Shown here: positions 12,279 to 25,040 of the stretch, one piece after another
Position numbering within the stretch: position 1 is the stretch's first letter
Layout: every line of letters begins with the position of its first letter
Assembly (NCBI GenBank): GCA_030295235.1
Contig: AP026154.1
Location: 62,001-126,000, forward strand
DNA: 64,000 nt
Direction of reading: 5' to 3'
DNA from: Fistulifera solaris
Taxonomy: Eukaryota
Notes under the pieces: model-generated
The model's input: only the letters and a program-made list of their open reading frames with translations
Told to the model about the DNA's origin: nothing
Databases searched by the model: none
Translations under genes and position numbers: made by a program

Positions 12279-12790
12279 AAGGGGCCCGCCGTAGGCGAAG
12301 AAAAATTGGTTAAAAGCACGTTTTAGCTTAAAAATCATAAGAAAAATGAATATGAAAAGGTTGTTAATCCTATCAAAATTTGGTAATGATTAACTTTTGG
12401 AAGGATGAACTTTTTGCAATGAAAACTATGGGGAGGTGGGAAAAAGGCGAGGGAACGTAAAAGCGATCGATGTTCAGTTTGTGAAGTCACGATTTGCTTG
12501 GAGGGAAAGTCAAAAACCTTCACAACGGAAACTCAAGCCTCGCCTCGCCGCCCGCCCCAGCCGGCCCCCGCCCTCCGCCTCCCACCCACGCAACTCGGGA
12601 TCCAGTCACACCTAATCGAGTCTTGTTTGTACCAACTTCAAATACCGGTATTGGATTTTTCAATACCTCAATACTGGTATTATACCGGTATTGTACCGTA
12701 CGGTATTGCGGTATTCTAGAGCCCGTTGAACTATAACCGATACCGGCACTTTATGATTTAGTAAAAAGTACCTGGTACAGAAACAAAAAA
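12279..12790. mobile_element. Possible non-autonomous element remnant interrupting the Reeler-like copy
   Basis: Begins where the gene is cut. Contains the mini-hairpin CGCCGTAGGCG (12287-12297), a C-rich patch (about 12538-12592) and clustered ATACCGGTAT-like palindromes (about 12642-12750). No TIR or TSD identified. Confidence 0.3.
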
Positions 12791-13052
12791 AAATTTAAAA
12801 ATTACTCCGTACAAGAAAGATATGCAAATGCAAATACTTGTATTTACGCAAAAACGAAATGGATTGATTTTTTTCGATGCTTCCTACTTGATCACTCTAA
12901 AAACCTTTTCTGTGAAACTCCGACTTTTACCTTTAGTGAAGAAAGATTTACTCGACCAATCTTGGTGCGCAAATGCCGATAGCCAGGACACATCTCCGTA
13001 CACACATCATTTGTTTCGATTCAGTTTCTCGTCGCATCTCAAACTAAAAGCC

Positions 13053-13751
13053 ATGACGTTCTTGTCCATCGTTCTCTCACATTTTTTGATTGCCAAAGCA
13101 ACAGCCGGCCCCAATGGAGCTTCTGCCCCTGCAGGAGCTCATGTTGAAAAACACGCCTGGATTAGTAGGGGGAGTCAGTGAAGGAAATTACATCGTTTCA
13201 GTTGGCGGATCACCTATCACCCTCGACGGCAATGTGGTCGAGGCTGGACTCGATTTTGACATCCAAGTGACCGGCGCCGAATTCAAAGGCATCCTCATCC
13301 GTGTCGGTGGCGCTTCCGCTGATCAGGTGACAAGCACTGACTTGGTTGCGCCGGCAGAAGCATGTGTTGACGTTGGATCAGTGAACCATGTTGAAAACAG
13401 CCTCAAATCGGTTGGCACGGCCACTGTCTCGTTAGATGCACCTACGACTCTCGACATCGACTTGAGCATCGTCGTAGAAAACACCGCCGGGGCCAGCACC
13501 TTCTATTACTCTGCCTTTCAAATCGATGCGGTTGACGATTCGGCGCCTACCGATGGTGAAACTGACGCTCAAGTTGGCAAAGAGACCGATGCTCCAGTTG
13601 ATGGGGGAAAGAGCCTCCAGAAGAGAAAAGTGAGACAGAAACTCCAGCGTCGACCCCGGTCGAAGCCCTTGTTGCTGATCCAACCTCCTCTGTGATGGGG
13701 CTCGGTAATGTGGCAGCCACTTTGGCCGGCGCTTTCACGCTCTTCTTTTAA
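13053..13751 (+). CDS. Secreted Reeler-like protein with GPI-like tail (intronless paralog); compensating frameshifts at 13147-13151 and about 13603-13610
   Basis: Signal peptide MTFLSIVLSHFLIAKATA. Motifs FKGILIRVGG, CVDVGSVNH and STFYYSAFQI. Restored tail SSVMGLGNVAATLAGAFTLFF*. Confidence 0.75.
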
Positions 13752-14188
13752 GGAGATTGGTTTATTCGATGATTCTGTAAGGTCATAAAAATATTTAATG
13801 TAAAAGCGTTGAAGCACAATGACTCTTTAAGGGTCATACTTTTAGCTTTTCGCTTCACGGTCGATTCGTTTTATCTATTTATCATTCACCGTATGAATGG
13901 CTGTAATATTCGTATGAAACGATCTACGTAGTACAAAAATAAAACACGTTTCCCAAGAAAACGCTCTCGTCGCTCGTCGTCTTCGTTTTTGTTTTGCGAA
14001 AAAATCGCGCGAGGTGCAAGGAAGACGGTGACGTCATTACCGGTGAGATTTCATTGAGACCCGCCAAACACCGGTTCGGTTTCTATACTCCGTCGTTTTA
14101 TTCTTCATGACGACGACGACCCATTGCCATTGCCATTGCTGTTCTATATGGAAAGGCAATCATTTCTTTACCGTACCATTATTCACAA

Positions 14189-15241
14189 ATGAAATCCTTT
14201 TTCTTGTGTTTACTAGTATGTCAATTTCTAGTTGTCACCGCTGCGCAAACACTGGAAGAAATTATCCGCAGAAACGATGCTTTCACGATCCTCGCTTCCG
14301 CAATTGACCTTGTCGGATGGATTCCATTCGACGGAGAAGTCACCATGTTTCTTCCCAATGATGATGCTTTATCTTTGCTTGACTCCAAGTATTTGACACC
14401 GGCGTATGCACCGCACTTGAAAACGATCCTTGCGTATCATATCGTACCGGATATGATATTATCGTTTGATGCACTGACGGATGGTTACGTGTTGGATATG
14501 TACGCCGGTACGGGCTCTGTATTAGCAACAGTAAATGAAACCGGTACATTTTTCAGCGGAGCCTCATTTTCGGATGCTCGCGTTGTAAACTTAGAAAGAA
14601 TAGCATCAAATGGAATCGGACATGAAGTGGACAAATTCTTCTGGCCGTCGCAATTGACATGGACATTGCTTGACCTGGCGGGGATTGTACAAGGATTTGA
14701 CCAGGTACTACAGCTTGTAGCTGCCTCAGGCTTAGAGGAAGAACTCAAAGAAGAGAATCGGACAATTTTAGCGCCATCCGATTTGGCGTTTGCATCGCTC
14801 CCCGCACAGTTTGTGTCACAAGTCACCTCGGACCCTGAGGTACGCGATGATCTATTACGCTATCACATCCTCATTGGGAGTCTTCCTCTAGAAGCAATCA
14901 CAGATGGAATGCAAGTCATGACAGCTCTCGGAGTACCGGTAGTGTTTACAATCTCGGGTGAGGGAAACAGTCGACAGATTTTCGTATCGAATCCTTCCTA
15001 TGGCGACGCCATATCAGTGGAGACGGGAAACTTGGTGGCGAAAAATGGTATTACTCATGCTTTAAGTGGTGTGCTAGAAACAGGTCCTCGTCCTTCGGTG
15101 GAAAATCCCGTTGCCGGCCCAGTGAATTCGCCTGCCAATGATCCTTCCGAGTCTTCGACTGGGAGCTCGAGTCCGATTGATCACAGAACTGTCGCTTCTC
15201 TCTTTTCCTGGCTTCTGTTTTATTTTTCTTTTAGATATTGA
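14189..15241 (+). CDS. Fasciclin (2x FAS1) protein with signal peptide and GPI-like tail
   Basis: FAS1 motifs TMFLPNDDA, LAYHIV, NGIGHEVD, RTILAPSDLAF, LRYHIL and NGITHALSGVL. Ser/Pro stalk and hydrophobic C-terminus. Confidence 0.92.
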   Translation: MKSFFLCLLVCQFLVVTAAQTLEEIIRRNDAFTILASAIDLVGWIPFDGEVTMFLPNDDALSLLDSKYLTPAYAPHLKTILAYHIVPDMILSFDALTDGYVLDMYAGTGSVLATVNETGTFFSGASFSDARVVNLERIASNGIGHEVDKFFWPSQLTWTLLDLAGIVQGFDQVLQLVAASGLEEELKEENRTILAPSDLAFASLPAQFVSQVTSDPEVRDDLLRYHILIGSLPLEAITDGMQVMTALGVPVVFTISGEGNSRQIFVSNPSYGDAISVETGNLVAKNGITHALSGVLETGPRPSVENPVAGPVNSPANDPSESSTGSSSPIDHRTVASLFSWLLFYFSFRY

Positions 15242-15489
15242 TTATAGGTTCATTTTTACTCCAGATCACTAGATTTTTTTTTAAGAATCTCATGGGAAAT
15301 ACGATTATTTGCTTCGCATGCAGAATTGAACAAATCAATGGTCTTTGCTGTTCTACAGCGTGGTTCAAAGTGTATCCATGGTATCATCAAAACTTTATCA
15401 AACTATGGTGAGTATTCTTTAGCAAATAAATATTGATTCTTGACCCTAGTTTTGTTATTCGTCCTAATGTTTCAAGGCCAGTCCCAGAG

Positions 15490-15700
15490 GTTCTTTGTCA
15501 ACTCTCGACCGACATCACCGTACTTACACCGACAAACGAAGCATTTGACTCTCTTGTTGCCGATTTTTGATACCGGGTTATATACTATACTTCACTTATT
15601 AGAGTACATTTTGCAGTATCATGTGCTTGAAGGCGTCGTTGCTTCTTCGGACTTCGTATACTTGTACTACGGATGATGAACGGGTAACGGGTGTAACTGT
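15490..15700 (+). pseudogene. FAS1 gene relic
   Basis: Out-of-frame pieces TDITVLTPTNEAFDSL and HLLEYILQYHVLEGVVASSDF match the first FAS1 domain of the neighbouring genes. Confidence 0.65.
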
Positions 15701-16136
15701 TATGTTGTCCGTCGCAATTGAACAATGTTCCGACGACTCCTCGACTCAATTAATGTGCAGTCCCGCCAGATGTTGTCTTTGTTGCGCGGCTATCGCGCGA
15801 AACGGAACGAGTACGACACGCCAGCGCGCAAGTTCTTCTTTGATTGAAAAAGCTTGACACAATTTTCTCCATAGAGTTCAGAACACGCATGACCACCACT
15901 ATTTAGCGTCATACTTACGGAGTGGCGGAAGAACGAATGCTTTAACAAGATACAACAGTGTAGGTCAGCAAAGAGTTACGGAGTACTACGTATCAATTAT
16001 CAATTGCCTATAGCGCATTCCTCTTTCCTCCCCTTTTGTCGTCGCATTTATTATGCGCATCTATAATATTATTTGTTTCTTCGCCAAGACGAATGAAGAC
16101 GAGGAAGCAAACAAACCATCATCCTGACCTCAAAGA

Positions 16137-18403
16137 ATGAAGCTTCTTCTTCTTACTTCGTTGACGTCTTCTTTGTTGTCCCTCACAACAGCACAAGACT
16201 TGTCGCTGTACGATACAGTGGCGGCCAATGCCGATCTTTCGACGTTGACGACCGCTATTGGCTTGGCTGGTTTGCAAGAGTATCTCACGACAACACCCGA
16301 TCTCACATTCTTTGCTCCTACCAATGCTGCTTTGCAGTTGTTGCCGGCCAAGTATTTGACGCCGGGCTTTACTCCTCATTTAGTGTATTTGTTAGAGTAT
16401 CATGTAGTGTCCGGCTCGGTATTGCCGGCGGCCAGTATTACGGACAGTTTGGTGATCGATATGCTCAATGGCGAAAGCATTTCGGCTGCTGTGAATGAAG
16501 CGGGTGTTTTATTGAGTGGGATCGCTTTTTCTGACGCGAGAGTTGTTGTAGCGGATCAATCCAGTACGACAGGCATTCTACATCAAGTCGATCAATTCTT
16601 TTTACCGGAATTACTTACTTATACATTGTACGATCTGACCGGTCAAGCACCTGGCTTTGAGAATGTTCTGAATCTCGTGGTGCAGTCGGGTTTTGAAGGA
16701 GAGTTAACTGCGGAAAATCGCACGGTATTGGCACCTTCCGATGTTGCTTTTGCCGCCCTGCCGCCCGAATATGTTGCGGAAGTATCGGCGAATGCGGAAC
16801 TTCGTGATTCGATTCTGCTGTATCATATCATCATTGGGAGTTATCCTACTTTGGAAATAATTGTTGACGGTATGGAAGTGATGACGGTGTCCGGAAATCC
16901 ACTTCGATTGGGGAGTCAGTGGAGGTGGTCGTTTCACCCAATATTCGGCCATTGGACCCTTCAACAATGCTACTTTCGAAATTTCCAATCTGATCTCGGC
17001 CAACGGAGTGGCTCACACTGTGGATGCGGTATTAGAAGCTCCTCCTTTGGCTGTTCCGACTTTTCCCACTCCAACTATGCCAGTTCCGACACTCCCCACG
17101 CCAACACTGCCTGGTACGCTTTTCCCTACGCCTACGCTTCCTGGTTCGCTGGTTCCTACTCCTACGGTACCAATTGCAATGCCAGGTACGCCGATTGCTA
17201 CTCCTATAACAATTCCAATCACGACTTTGGTTCCGGTGCCCGCTCCTATCTCAATTGTGACGACGATTCCTCTTCCTACGTCAGATACAGTTACCCTAGT
17301 ACCAGCGCAACCCGGTGATTTGTCCTTGTATGATACAGTCGTTTTGACGACAGATCTGTCCACGTTGGCGACGGCTATAAACGCCGCAGGTCTCGTGGAT
17401 TTCTTGAACTCGACGCCGGATCTGACAGCGTTCCTTCCCATCAACGCAGCCTTTATGAGATTACCTCCAAAGTATTTGACGCCCGGTTTTATTCCGCATT
17501 TAAAGTACATCCTGGAGTATCATATCATACAAGGAATTCCGCTCACAACCGCCAGCATCTCTGACGGAATGTCACTTACGATGTTGAACGGCGAAAGTGT
17601 TTCGGCCACGGTCAATGAAACGACCGTCTTACTGAGTGGACCGGCGTTTAACAACTCCCGAGTTATTGTTGCGGATCTTGTTCGCACCAATAACGCTGTA
17701 CTGCATGTGGTTGATCGATTCTTTTTCCCTCAAGCTCTGACTTTGAACTTGTACGATTTGGCGACTCAATCCTCCGCCTTTGCCACCTTCCTCGGGCTTG
17801 TTACACAGTCGGGTCTTGAAGGAGAGTTTACAGTGGCGAACCGTACCATTCTGGCACCTTCGGATGCCGCTTTTGTGACTGTCCCGGAAGATTTCGTGGC
17901 GAGTTTATCAACAAATGCAGAACTGCGTGATTCCATTGTCCTTTTCCATGTGATCCTAGGTAGCTATCCGCGAGAAATCCTTTTCGATGGTATCGAGGTC
18001 ATGACAGCGTTGGGTAGTTCGCTTCAGTTTGAAGTATTTGGTGAAGGCGAAACCGCGCAATTCACGGTAACTGGGCTCGTGAATAATGCAACGATCGATC
18101 CCAGCACGAATTGGATTGCCAACAATGGCATCGCTTATAGTCTTGACGGCCTTTTAGAGCCATCTCTTTTGGCAGATAACCAAACCCTTCCCCCCATCGG
18201 ATATTATGAACGGTTCTCCTGATTCTTCTATCACTACGGCCCCCGCTACAGCGCCGATATCTAGTCCGACAACTCCATCGCCACCGACAACAGAACCACC
18301 CATCGGACCTCCTCCCTTTGCCGAACCTTCCGCGACATCTGGGGCTTGGTTGGTTGGTAGTTCCCTTTCGTGTGTTTTTGTGGTCATCTCTTTTATTTGT
18401 TAA
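16137..18403 (+). CDS. Fasciclin (4x FAS1) protein with central Pro/Thr linker and GPI-like tail; frameshifts at G4 16910-16913 and C6 18190-18195
   Basis: ORFs 16137..17318, 17008..18222 and 18206..18403 join by removing one base at each run. Two copies of a unit that starts DLSLYDTV. Tail SGAWLVGSSLSCVFVVISFIC*. Confidence 0.85.
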
Positions 18404-19000
18404 ATTTTTGTAATGGAAGAATATAGGCGGTTAACATTCCTCTTGAAGACAAGATGCTCGAAGGCATTATTGATCAGAGTGTATTTTACTAAAATAGACT
18501 ACTTCGTATTAGCTCAGCAGCACTAAATTAGTTAGAAAATGGTGTACTGCAATTTCTTTTTGCTCGTAGTTTTCAATGTCAAACACGGAAAAAAATATGC
18601 CGACGTTGGGGAAGTCATTCAATCTCCTGATACTTTGCCTCTGGTCGAAAAGGCATTCATTACAATTTGAATTCCCAAAACGGGGATACCACTAAGTAGA
18701 AGTGCCAACGCTTGGCGAGAACTTCACAATTATTGAGCAGAATAAGATTAAGCTGACAGCTATATTCATCCTAACTACGAATCCCGACAAATATGTCTTA
18801 CCGGTGATGTTTTTTTATCGAATAGTCAGTGCGGTACTGTTCTCCCTAAGCACACACACTGCTCTGGCCTGTTTTATCCGTTCAAGGTTTCAAATTTCAG
18901 CCCAGCGGCAAAATGAGCGACAACAACAACAATAACGCAAAGCAAAAACCGATTGCAAAAATCAACAACGATCTACGATACACTAGTTTCTCTTTAAAAG

Positions 19001-20137
19001 ATGAAGCTTTTCCTCTCACTTCTCGCAGCGTTAATGGCTACTACAACGGCACAAGATGCCTCCATTCTCGATGCCGTCGCGAATACACCCGATTTGTCGA
19101 CGCTCGGCACAGCTATTGGTTTAGCCGGATTAGAAGAGTACTTGTCTTCTCCGAACTCGAGTTTGACTGTCTTTGCTCCTCATAATGCCGCGCTAGAGAG
19201 TTTGCCCGCCGAGTACTTGACACCGAATTATGTAGTACATTTGCAATCGCTTTTGGAGATGCACATTGTGGAAGGTGCGGTACCTTCGAGCAATATTACC
19301 GACTTTGCTTCCTTTGAAGCAATTAGCGGCGATGTGCTGATTGCTACAGTGAATGATCAAGGAATCACCTTCAGCGGCGACGTCTTTTTTGGGGCTCAAG
19401 TCGTTACTCCGGATATCATCGGCGGTGCCAGTATCATTCACATTGTAAATAAGTACTTTTTACCGGCTGCGCTGAACTATGATTTGTTCGATCTGTCGAC
19501 ATCTTTGATCGGATTTGATCAGATTCGACTACTCATTACCGAAGCTGGGTTAGAAGACGAACTGCGCGAGGAAAACCGGACCATCCTGGCCCCATCGGAT
19601 ATAGCATTTGATCTTTTATCCGACGATCTAGTGACGCAAGTTGCCAATAACCCCGGCTTTCGCAATGATTTGGTGCTGTATCATATCATCATTGGTTGTT
19701 ATCCCTCCGCATTGATTGTAGATGGTCTTCAGGTCATGACAGCACTCGGGGAAACAATGAATTTCACGGTCGTGGACAATGGAGGTACCAAGCAAGTGAT
19801 TGCCGTAGGTTCTCTGAATCAAGTTGTCGTTCAACAAGGAGATCAAATTGCATCGAATGGAATTGGACATAGTCTTGGTGGAGTTCTTGAGGTACCGATG
19901 CGGACGATGCCCGTGGAAAATCAAACCACCGAAGCTCCTGTCGCCTCTCCGACCATGGATGTTGCTTTGCCGACCTCAGAAGCCGGTGACACAGAAAGTC
20001 CGATGGAGTCTGCATCGGAAGCTCCAGTTGCGGCTCCTACGGTCACTGTTAACCCTCCAGCTCCGACACAATCCAATGCATTAGCATTAAGTGCAGGTTG
20101 GATGTTCGTCGTTGGTGGTGTCCTAGCATTCTTCTAG
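19001..20137 (+). CDS. Fasciclin (2x FAS1) protein with signal peptide, stalk and GPI-like tail
   Basis: TVFAPHNAA, RTILAPSDIAF, VLYHII and NGIGHSLGGVL. Tail SNALALSAGWMFVVGGVLAFF*. Confidence 0.93.
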   Translation: MKLFLSLLAALMATTTAQDASILDAVANTPDLSTLGTAIGLAGLEEYLSSPNSSLTVFAPHNAALESLPAEYLTPNYVVHLQSLLEMHIVEGAVPSSNITDFASFEAISGDVLIATVNDQGITFSGDVFFGAQVVTPDIIGGASIIHIVNKYFLPAALNYDLFDLSTSLIGFDQIRLLITEAGLEDELREENRTILAPSDIAFDLLSDDLVTQVANNPGFRNDLVLYHIIIGCYPSALIVDGLQVMTALGETMNFTVVDNGGTKQVIAVGSLNQVVVQQGDQIASNGIGHSLGGVLEVPMRTMPVENQTTEAPVASPTMDVALPTSEAGDTESPMESASEAPVAAPTVTVNPPAPTQSNALALSAGWMFVVGGVLAFF

Positions 20138-20279
20138 GTAGCGTGTTTTACGGGTATCATGATAAACCATCCAGAAAATTATTCAAGCTACACAAAATAA
20201 AAGCATCATACATAGTTCAATCATATCTGTTAAGTTTGTTATAACCAACAAGATGCAACTTGGCCTTATCCTCGTCTCT

Positions 20280-21475
20280 TTAGTAGAGAGCAAACGCAGC
20301 AGAAATCACGGAGAAGGCGCTTCCCAAGGCCAACACTCCACTGGAAGAGGTTGGTTCGGCAACAGGTGCGGTGACCGGCGTAGCACCAGGGGCAGCCGAG
20401 CCTTCCTCATCTGTGGTAGGTTCCGCCACTGGCGTTTCGACCGGCATAGCACCCGGAGCAGTGGTAGTTTCGGTTTCGTTGCCGGATGCCAAGCTGGGTG
20501 GCAAGAGAATGGTAGAAATAATATGGCTAACGCCGTTTGTAGCTAGGAAGTCGTATTCTGATAGCGATCGAAGAGAGCAAACAAGCAAAGAGTTAGGGCA
20601 TGAGTATAAAAGGGTGCGATAAATAGTAAAGTCAGGCGGTTCAGGGACCGTCGGCACGTACCAACCACAGCCGATTCATCCACCATGATACTGTCACCAG
20701 AGACACTAACGATAAGCGGGTTTCCATCCAAAGTGGTAAGCTCGAGGCCATCGGTGAGCGCAGCCTTCGACCAGACACCTTCAACAATGTGATGCTTCAA
20801 GACAACTCCAATGAGACTTTCGTCATTCACAATTTGTGCGGTGAGATCCGGTGAAATAGCCGCAAAAGCTTCGGCGTTCGGGGCAAAGATGGTGCGATTC
20901 TCGGCAGCGATCTCACTTTCAAGACCAGCTTGCGTGATGAAGGTCGCGACGCTGCCAAAGCCCTCGACATTCGCCGCAATGTCGGCAAGCGTCGTTGCCA
21001 TCCAACTAGGAACCAGTAGGGCAGAAATTAAATGAACAACCCCGTTGGAGGCATCCACATCAGCCGTTGTGACCTGCGAAGAGAAGAGATCCGATCCGAG
21101 AAAGACGCCGGTGTCATTTACCGTAGCCGTAAAGTTATCGCCGTTCAAAGGCGTGATGAGCAAACCGTCAGTAACATCGGCAGAAAAGACTTCAGAGCCC
21201 AAGACATGGAACAAGAGAATGTCTGTCAAGTGAGCCTTCCACGGTTCAGTCAAATACTTGGGGTCAACTCCTTCAAAAGCAGAATTTACCGGAGCAAAGA
21301 CGGTAAAAGTACCGGCCGGATCGGATAATGTTTCCGCCAAATCGGCGGCTTGCACGGCAGAGACCAATGTACTCAAATCTTCAGTCGCAACAGCCAAGTC
21401 GACGATAGTCTGATCTTGAGCAACGACAGAGATAGCCGAAGTGGCGAGAAAGAGGCTAGCAAGATTGAGTTTCAT
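20280..21475 (-). CDS. Fasciclin (2x FAS1) protein, 2 exons (intron 20558-20661), GPI-like tail
   Basis: MKLNLASLFLATSAISVVA. Motifs FTVFAPVNSAF, ASNGVVHLI and RTIFAPNAEAF. The GTACGT...CAG intron gives AVV|EYDFLATNGVSHII. Tail SSGVLALGSAFSVISAAFALY*. Confidence 0.92.
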
Positions 21476-23419
21476 CGTGATGCAATTTTGGTCGAAAAAG
21501 ATACAAATGAGTCGTCGATGACGATCATAAAAACATCGATTTCGAGTTTGAGATCGCCAGAGAAGTGAGTGGGACTGACTCAGTTCAATGTACACATTGA
21601 TTCATAACAAAGAAGCACAACGGCTAGATCGACTGTCGCAGCTTAATTACAAATAACAAATAAATGATCGGATTCAGTAACGGCTTTCAAAATCGCACGA
21701 TCGAAATGACTGACCATTTTTCCGTTGAAAACAAACGATCAATGACCACACATAAATAAAATTATAAGTGTAGAGTAGAAAGTTAACTTTCTTCGTAGAA
21801 ACAAAAAGGGAAACTGGAAGCTGGAATCAGGAAAACTGTTTAATACCAAAACTATTCATTCTGTACAATGTATAACCCAAAGTGTGAACTCCCTTCCCAC
21901 AGGACTGCTTTTCAGTCATGAGTCAGGATGAATTCCTCAGGACTGATTTTCGGTTTTCTGTCATGAGTTGGGATGAATCCGACCTGGGGACTGCTACAAC
22001 ACCCCCGTTCGAACTGCGAAATCAGGTAAATTACATTTGCTTTGATAACCATGAATAAGCTTCAGCAGCAATTTGCAATAGGTACCGGTACCGTACTTGG
22101 ATTCGTTACGTCGGAAAATTTTTTGCAAAACCGTCCTCTTCCGTATTCACTTACCTGTAACAGCACCAAAGTATACCATCAACTTTCCACGACTGCATTT
22201 AGTCATGAGAAGGAGAAAAATGCGACGAACAACAAAAAAAAAGGACGCGCAACAAAACGCCTGCTGATGAATGTCAAAAGACAGTTAATTATATTTCTTT
22301 TCAATGATAAGATGAGCACCAAAACATCACTGTATCTTGCTGAGGAACGCGCAATTTGCCCGGATGTGGTTGAAAGGGGAAGAATAAGCAAGTTTTTGGC
22401 GAGGTTTCGGATGACAGTGAGTGCGGTTATATGTAATTATCTCACTCCTTTCCATAGTCGTGCATCCTTCACGGCAAGGGTGGCGTTTTTTCAAAAGCAA
22501 CAGGTGATACCTTAGCACTTGTGTGGACTCGTTAAAATGTCTTCGATCGAACGCAAGCTTGTTGTTTTAGGGCTTTCAAAGTTGTGCGTCCGTCGAATAA
22601 TTGTGAGTCTCTTGAAACAACGCAACAATACTTGGCCTCTCTTACGTTGTTGAAACTAGCACACTTTAAGAAAGTAATGACCTTGTTGTTATTCGAAAAA
22701 GTTGGCTTGGGGATGCTCATTTCAGTGCCTCGAAACCGACTGAGTGAACGTATATTGAAAGTCACTAATCAGTTACAATCCTGTTGACTGGGTCGCCAAA
22801 CACTATCTGAGATGTGGTAAAAACATTTGAAGGAGCGAGTAGTCTGATGATCGAAGTCAACTGATGGTGTTTTTCATTGTGCTTGCTTGATTATATTTTA
22901 TCGATTTATTGAAGCGACAAGTCGCAGAGAGAAATGCCAGAATTAGGCTTGATCGTCGCGAAATCGTGGCGCGTCTTGCTACATCTCTGCTCGCGCTCAT
23001 CGTACTTGATTCGATTATCACGCGCCGACTAAAAAATCATCCTCCATTATAGATCCAAAACCGCGACCAACACCTTCAAGGTAGAACTGGAACAAAAACG
23101 TTTCCGTCTCTCGGCAAGGTGTGAGCCGTGTTCTGGATATATTTGCATGCACACATTTGGTGCTACGTTGTACCGAGTGTAAGTAAGGCTATAGCTTTCT
23201 AATTTCGCTTGATCGTAGCTAATCTTTATAGTTTATGGACAAATCTATTATGAATTCTCAAAAGACGACGGTCTATCTCTCTCTCATCAACGTTCTCTCA
23301 AGTTTTTCTATTTGCGGCATACCAAGGTTGAATTCTCGTCGTTCGCGTCGAAAGAGCTTTCGTTTCGTCGTCATTATTCATTATCGCCAGATGCTTGATC
23401 AATTGATTGATGATTCCTC

Positions 23420-25040
23420 CTATCGTGAAGCACCGGTGTAAACATCTAGGTTCATGTCGTCAAGCATCTCGCACAGCATGTCCGTGTGAAATGTTAGCAA
23501 CTGCATATTGTATTGAAAGTTCTTGGAAGCGCAGTTTGTCAACGCCATTCCCACCAGCCATGGTCGCACAGAGGTAGGCTCTCCCGCAACCTTCGTCCAT
23601 CGGGTATAAATGTAATTCTGAGAATAGAGTTCGTCGATGGTGGTTCCATTGGTAATCTTATCGCCCCAATCATTCACAACGATGAGTTTCCGGTTACGGG
23701 AAATCAGCCCCTCCAGCGCGGAATAGTAAGATTGACACAATCGGTCATATTCATCGTCCTCCAAGTGCAGCCCGGATACTGGCGGATAGGGGTGCAACGT
23801 CACTGAATGGAGACTGTCGTGCTCTGCGATAGCACGGAAGAAATCCTGCAAATGAGGACCCGAAGTGAACAAAAACTCATTCCTAGCAAACTCAAACGGG
23901 TCAACTTGGGGTTACCGTTGATTGCCTGAATCAATGCTTGCACAGTAGGTGCTGCATCATTCTGTCGATAGCGCAGTGATGAAATACCCAAACCTTCAAA
24001 ATGACCCAACTGCGCCGCACGATGGAGAAACGAAACCATCTCTTCACCCGAAATGTTCGAATGACCCGCAAAGAACATGAGAGTGAGGTTTTTGGTCTCA
24101 ATGATTAGGGAGTCGAAGTCACGTGGCCGGAAGGTCCGGACGTCAATCTCGTATTCCACCACATCTGCCTTGGCAGTGAATGGAAGAAACATACTTGCAC
24201 CGCAGAGCGAGCCAACAATGAGCTTGTCGAATATTCCATCCAGTTTCATCAGCCGTACAAGGTTGCTGTGACTCATAGTCATCTTTCCGTGTTCCGTGCA
24301 GTGTACGGCAAAGAACCAAAGCGTGATTGACGTTTCTCCAAAAGATCAATCAACTCGGTGCCATCGTCTTTCGGTCCAACGCCTGTCCAGCCTTCTCGTG
24401 CTCGAGTCAGCTTCAGACTCAAGGGAAACGGCCGTGACGTTAGAATCTTGGCCTGTTCCAGACTCCAACTTCCAATTTCCAGCTCCACTTGCTTCTTGGG
24501 ATTCGTTTCCAAGATTTGAAGCAGCTGATCCTCTCGCAATGCGGCAAAATCCACAATAAAGGGAAAGCAGCTGGTACAATCGGTCAAAGATCGATTAAAA
24601 CGAAGCGATGCTTTGGGATGTTCCGGTTGCGGGAGTGAGCACACGAAAGTGGCTGTCTCTAAAATCGCGGCATCCGTTTTCCCAAACACCGCGCAGTCCA
24701 GATAGTCAGTCGAATTGCCACCAATATAGATGGAAAAGACAAAGGCCCGTTTCTTGATGACAAATTTTCCTCGAGAATCATCGGAAACACGAAGAAAGGT
24801 TGCATTGTCAAAATAAATCATGATTTCGGGATTGATGTCGTTTTCGAGATACATTTCCCAATCAATGTCAACGATACTGTGTATCTCTCGTGAAAAAGCA
24901 AAGAGCCGTGTTTCATTGCGCCCGCATAACTCCTTTTGAAGCTCTTTGTATCGAGAAGTTGAGGGTAAATTGTGCGGAATGAACACCAGCGGCTCTTCCC
25001 AAAGCTCTTCTTCCTCACAATAGGATCCCTGCTCGTCCAT
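23420..25040 (-). CDS. RNI/LRR-like hypothetical protein of a diatom-expanded family; frameshifts near 24310 and 23871-23875
   Basis: Three consecutive ORFs join by single-base insertions. LRR-like segments ALIQAINGNPKLTRLSL and AIAEHDSLHSVTL. The C-terminus VRPWLVGMALTNCASKNFQY...HTDMLCE resembles a family I recall from Fistulifera. Confidence 0.7.

Noticed and set aside
22042..22790. ORFs between the FAS1 and LRR-like genes as a possible transposon relic
   Set aside because: No recognisable transposase or reverse-transcriptase motif and no terminal repeats.
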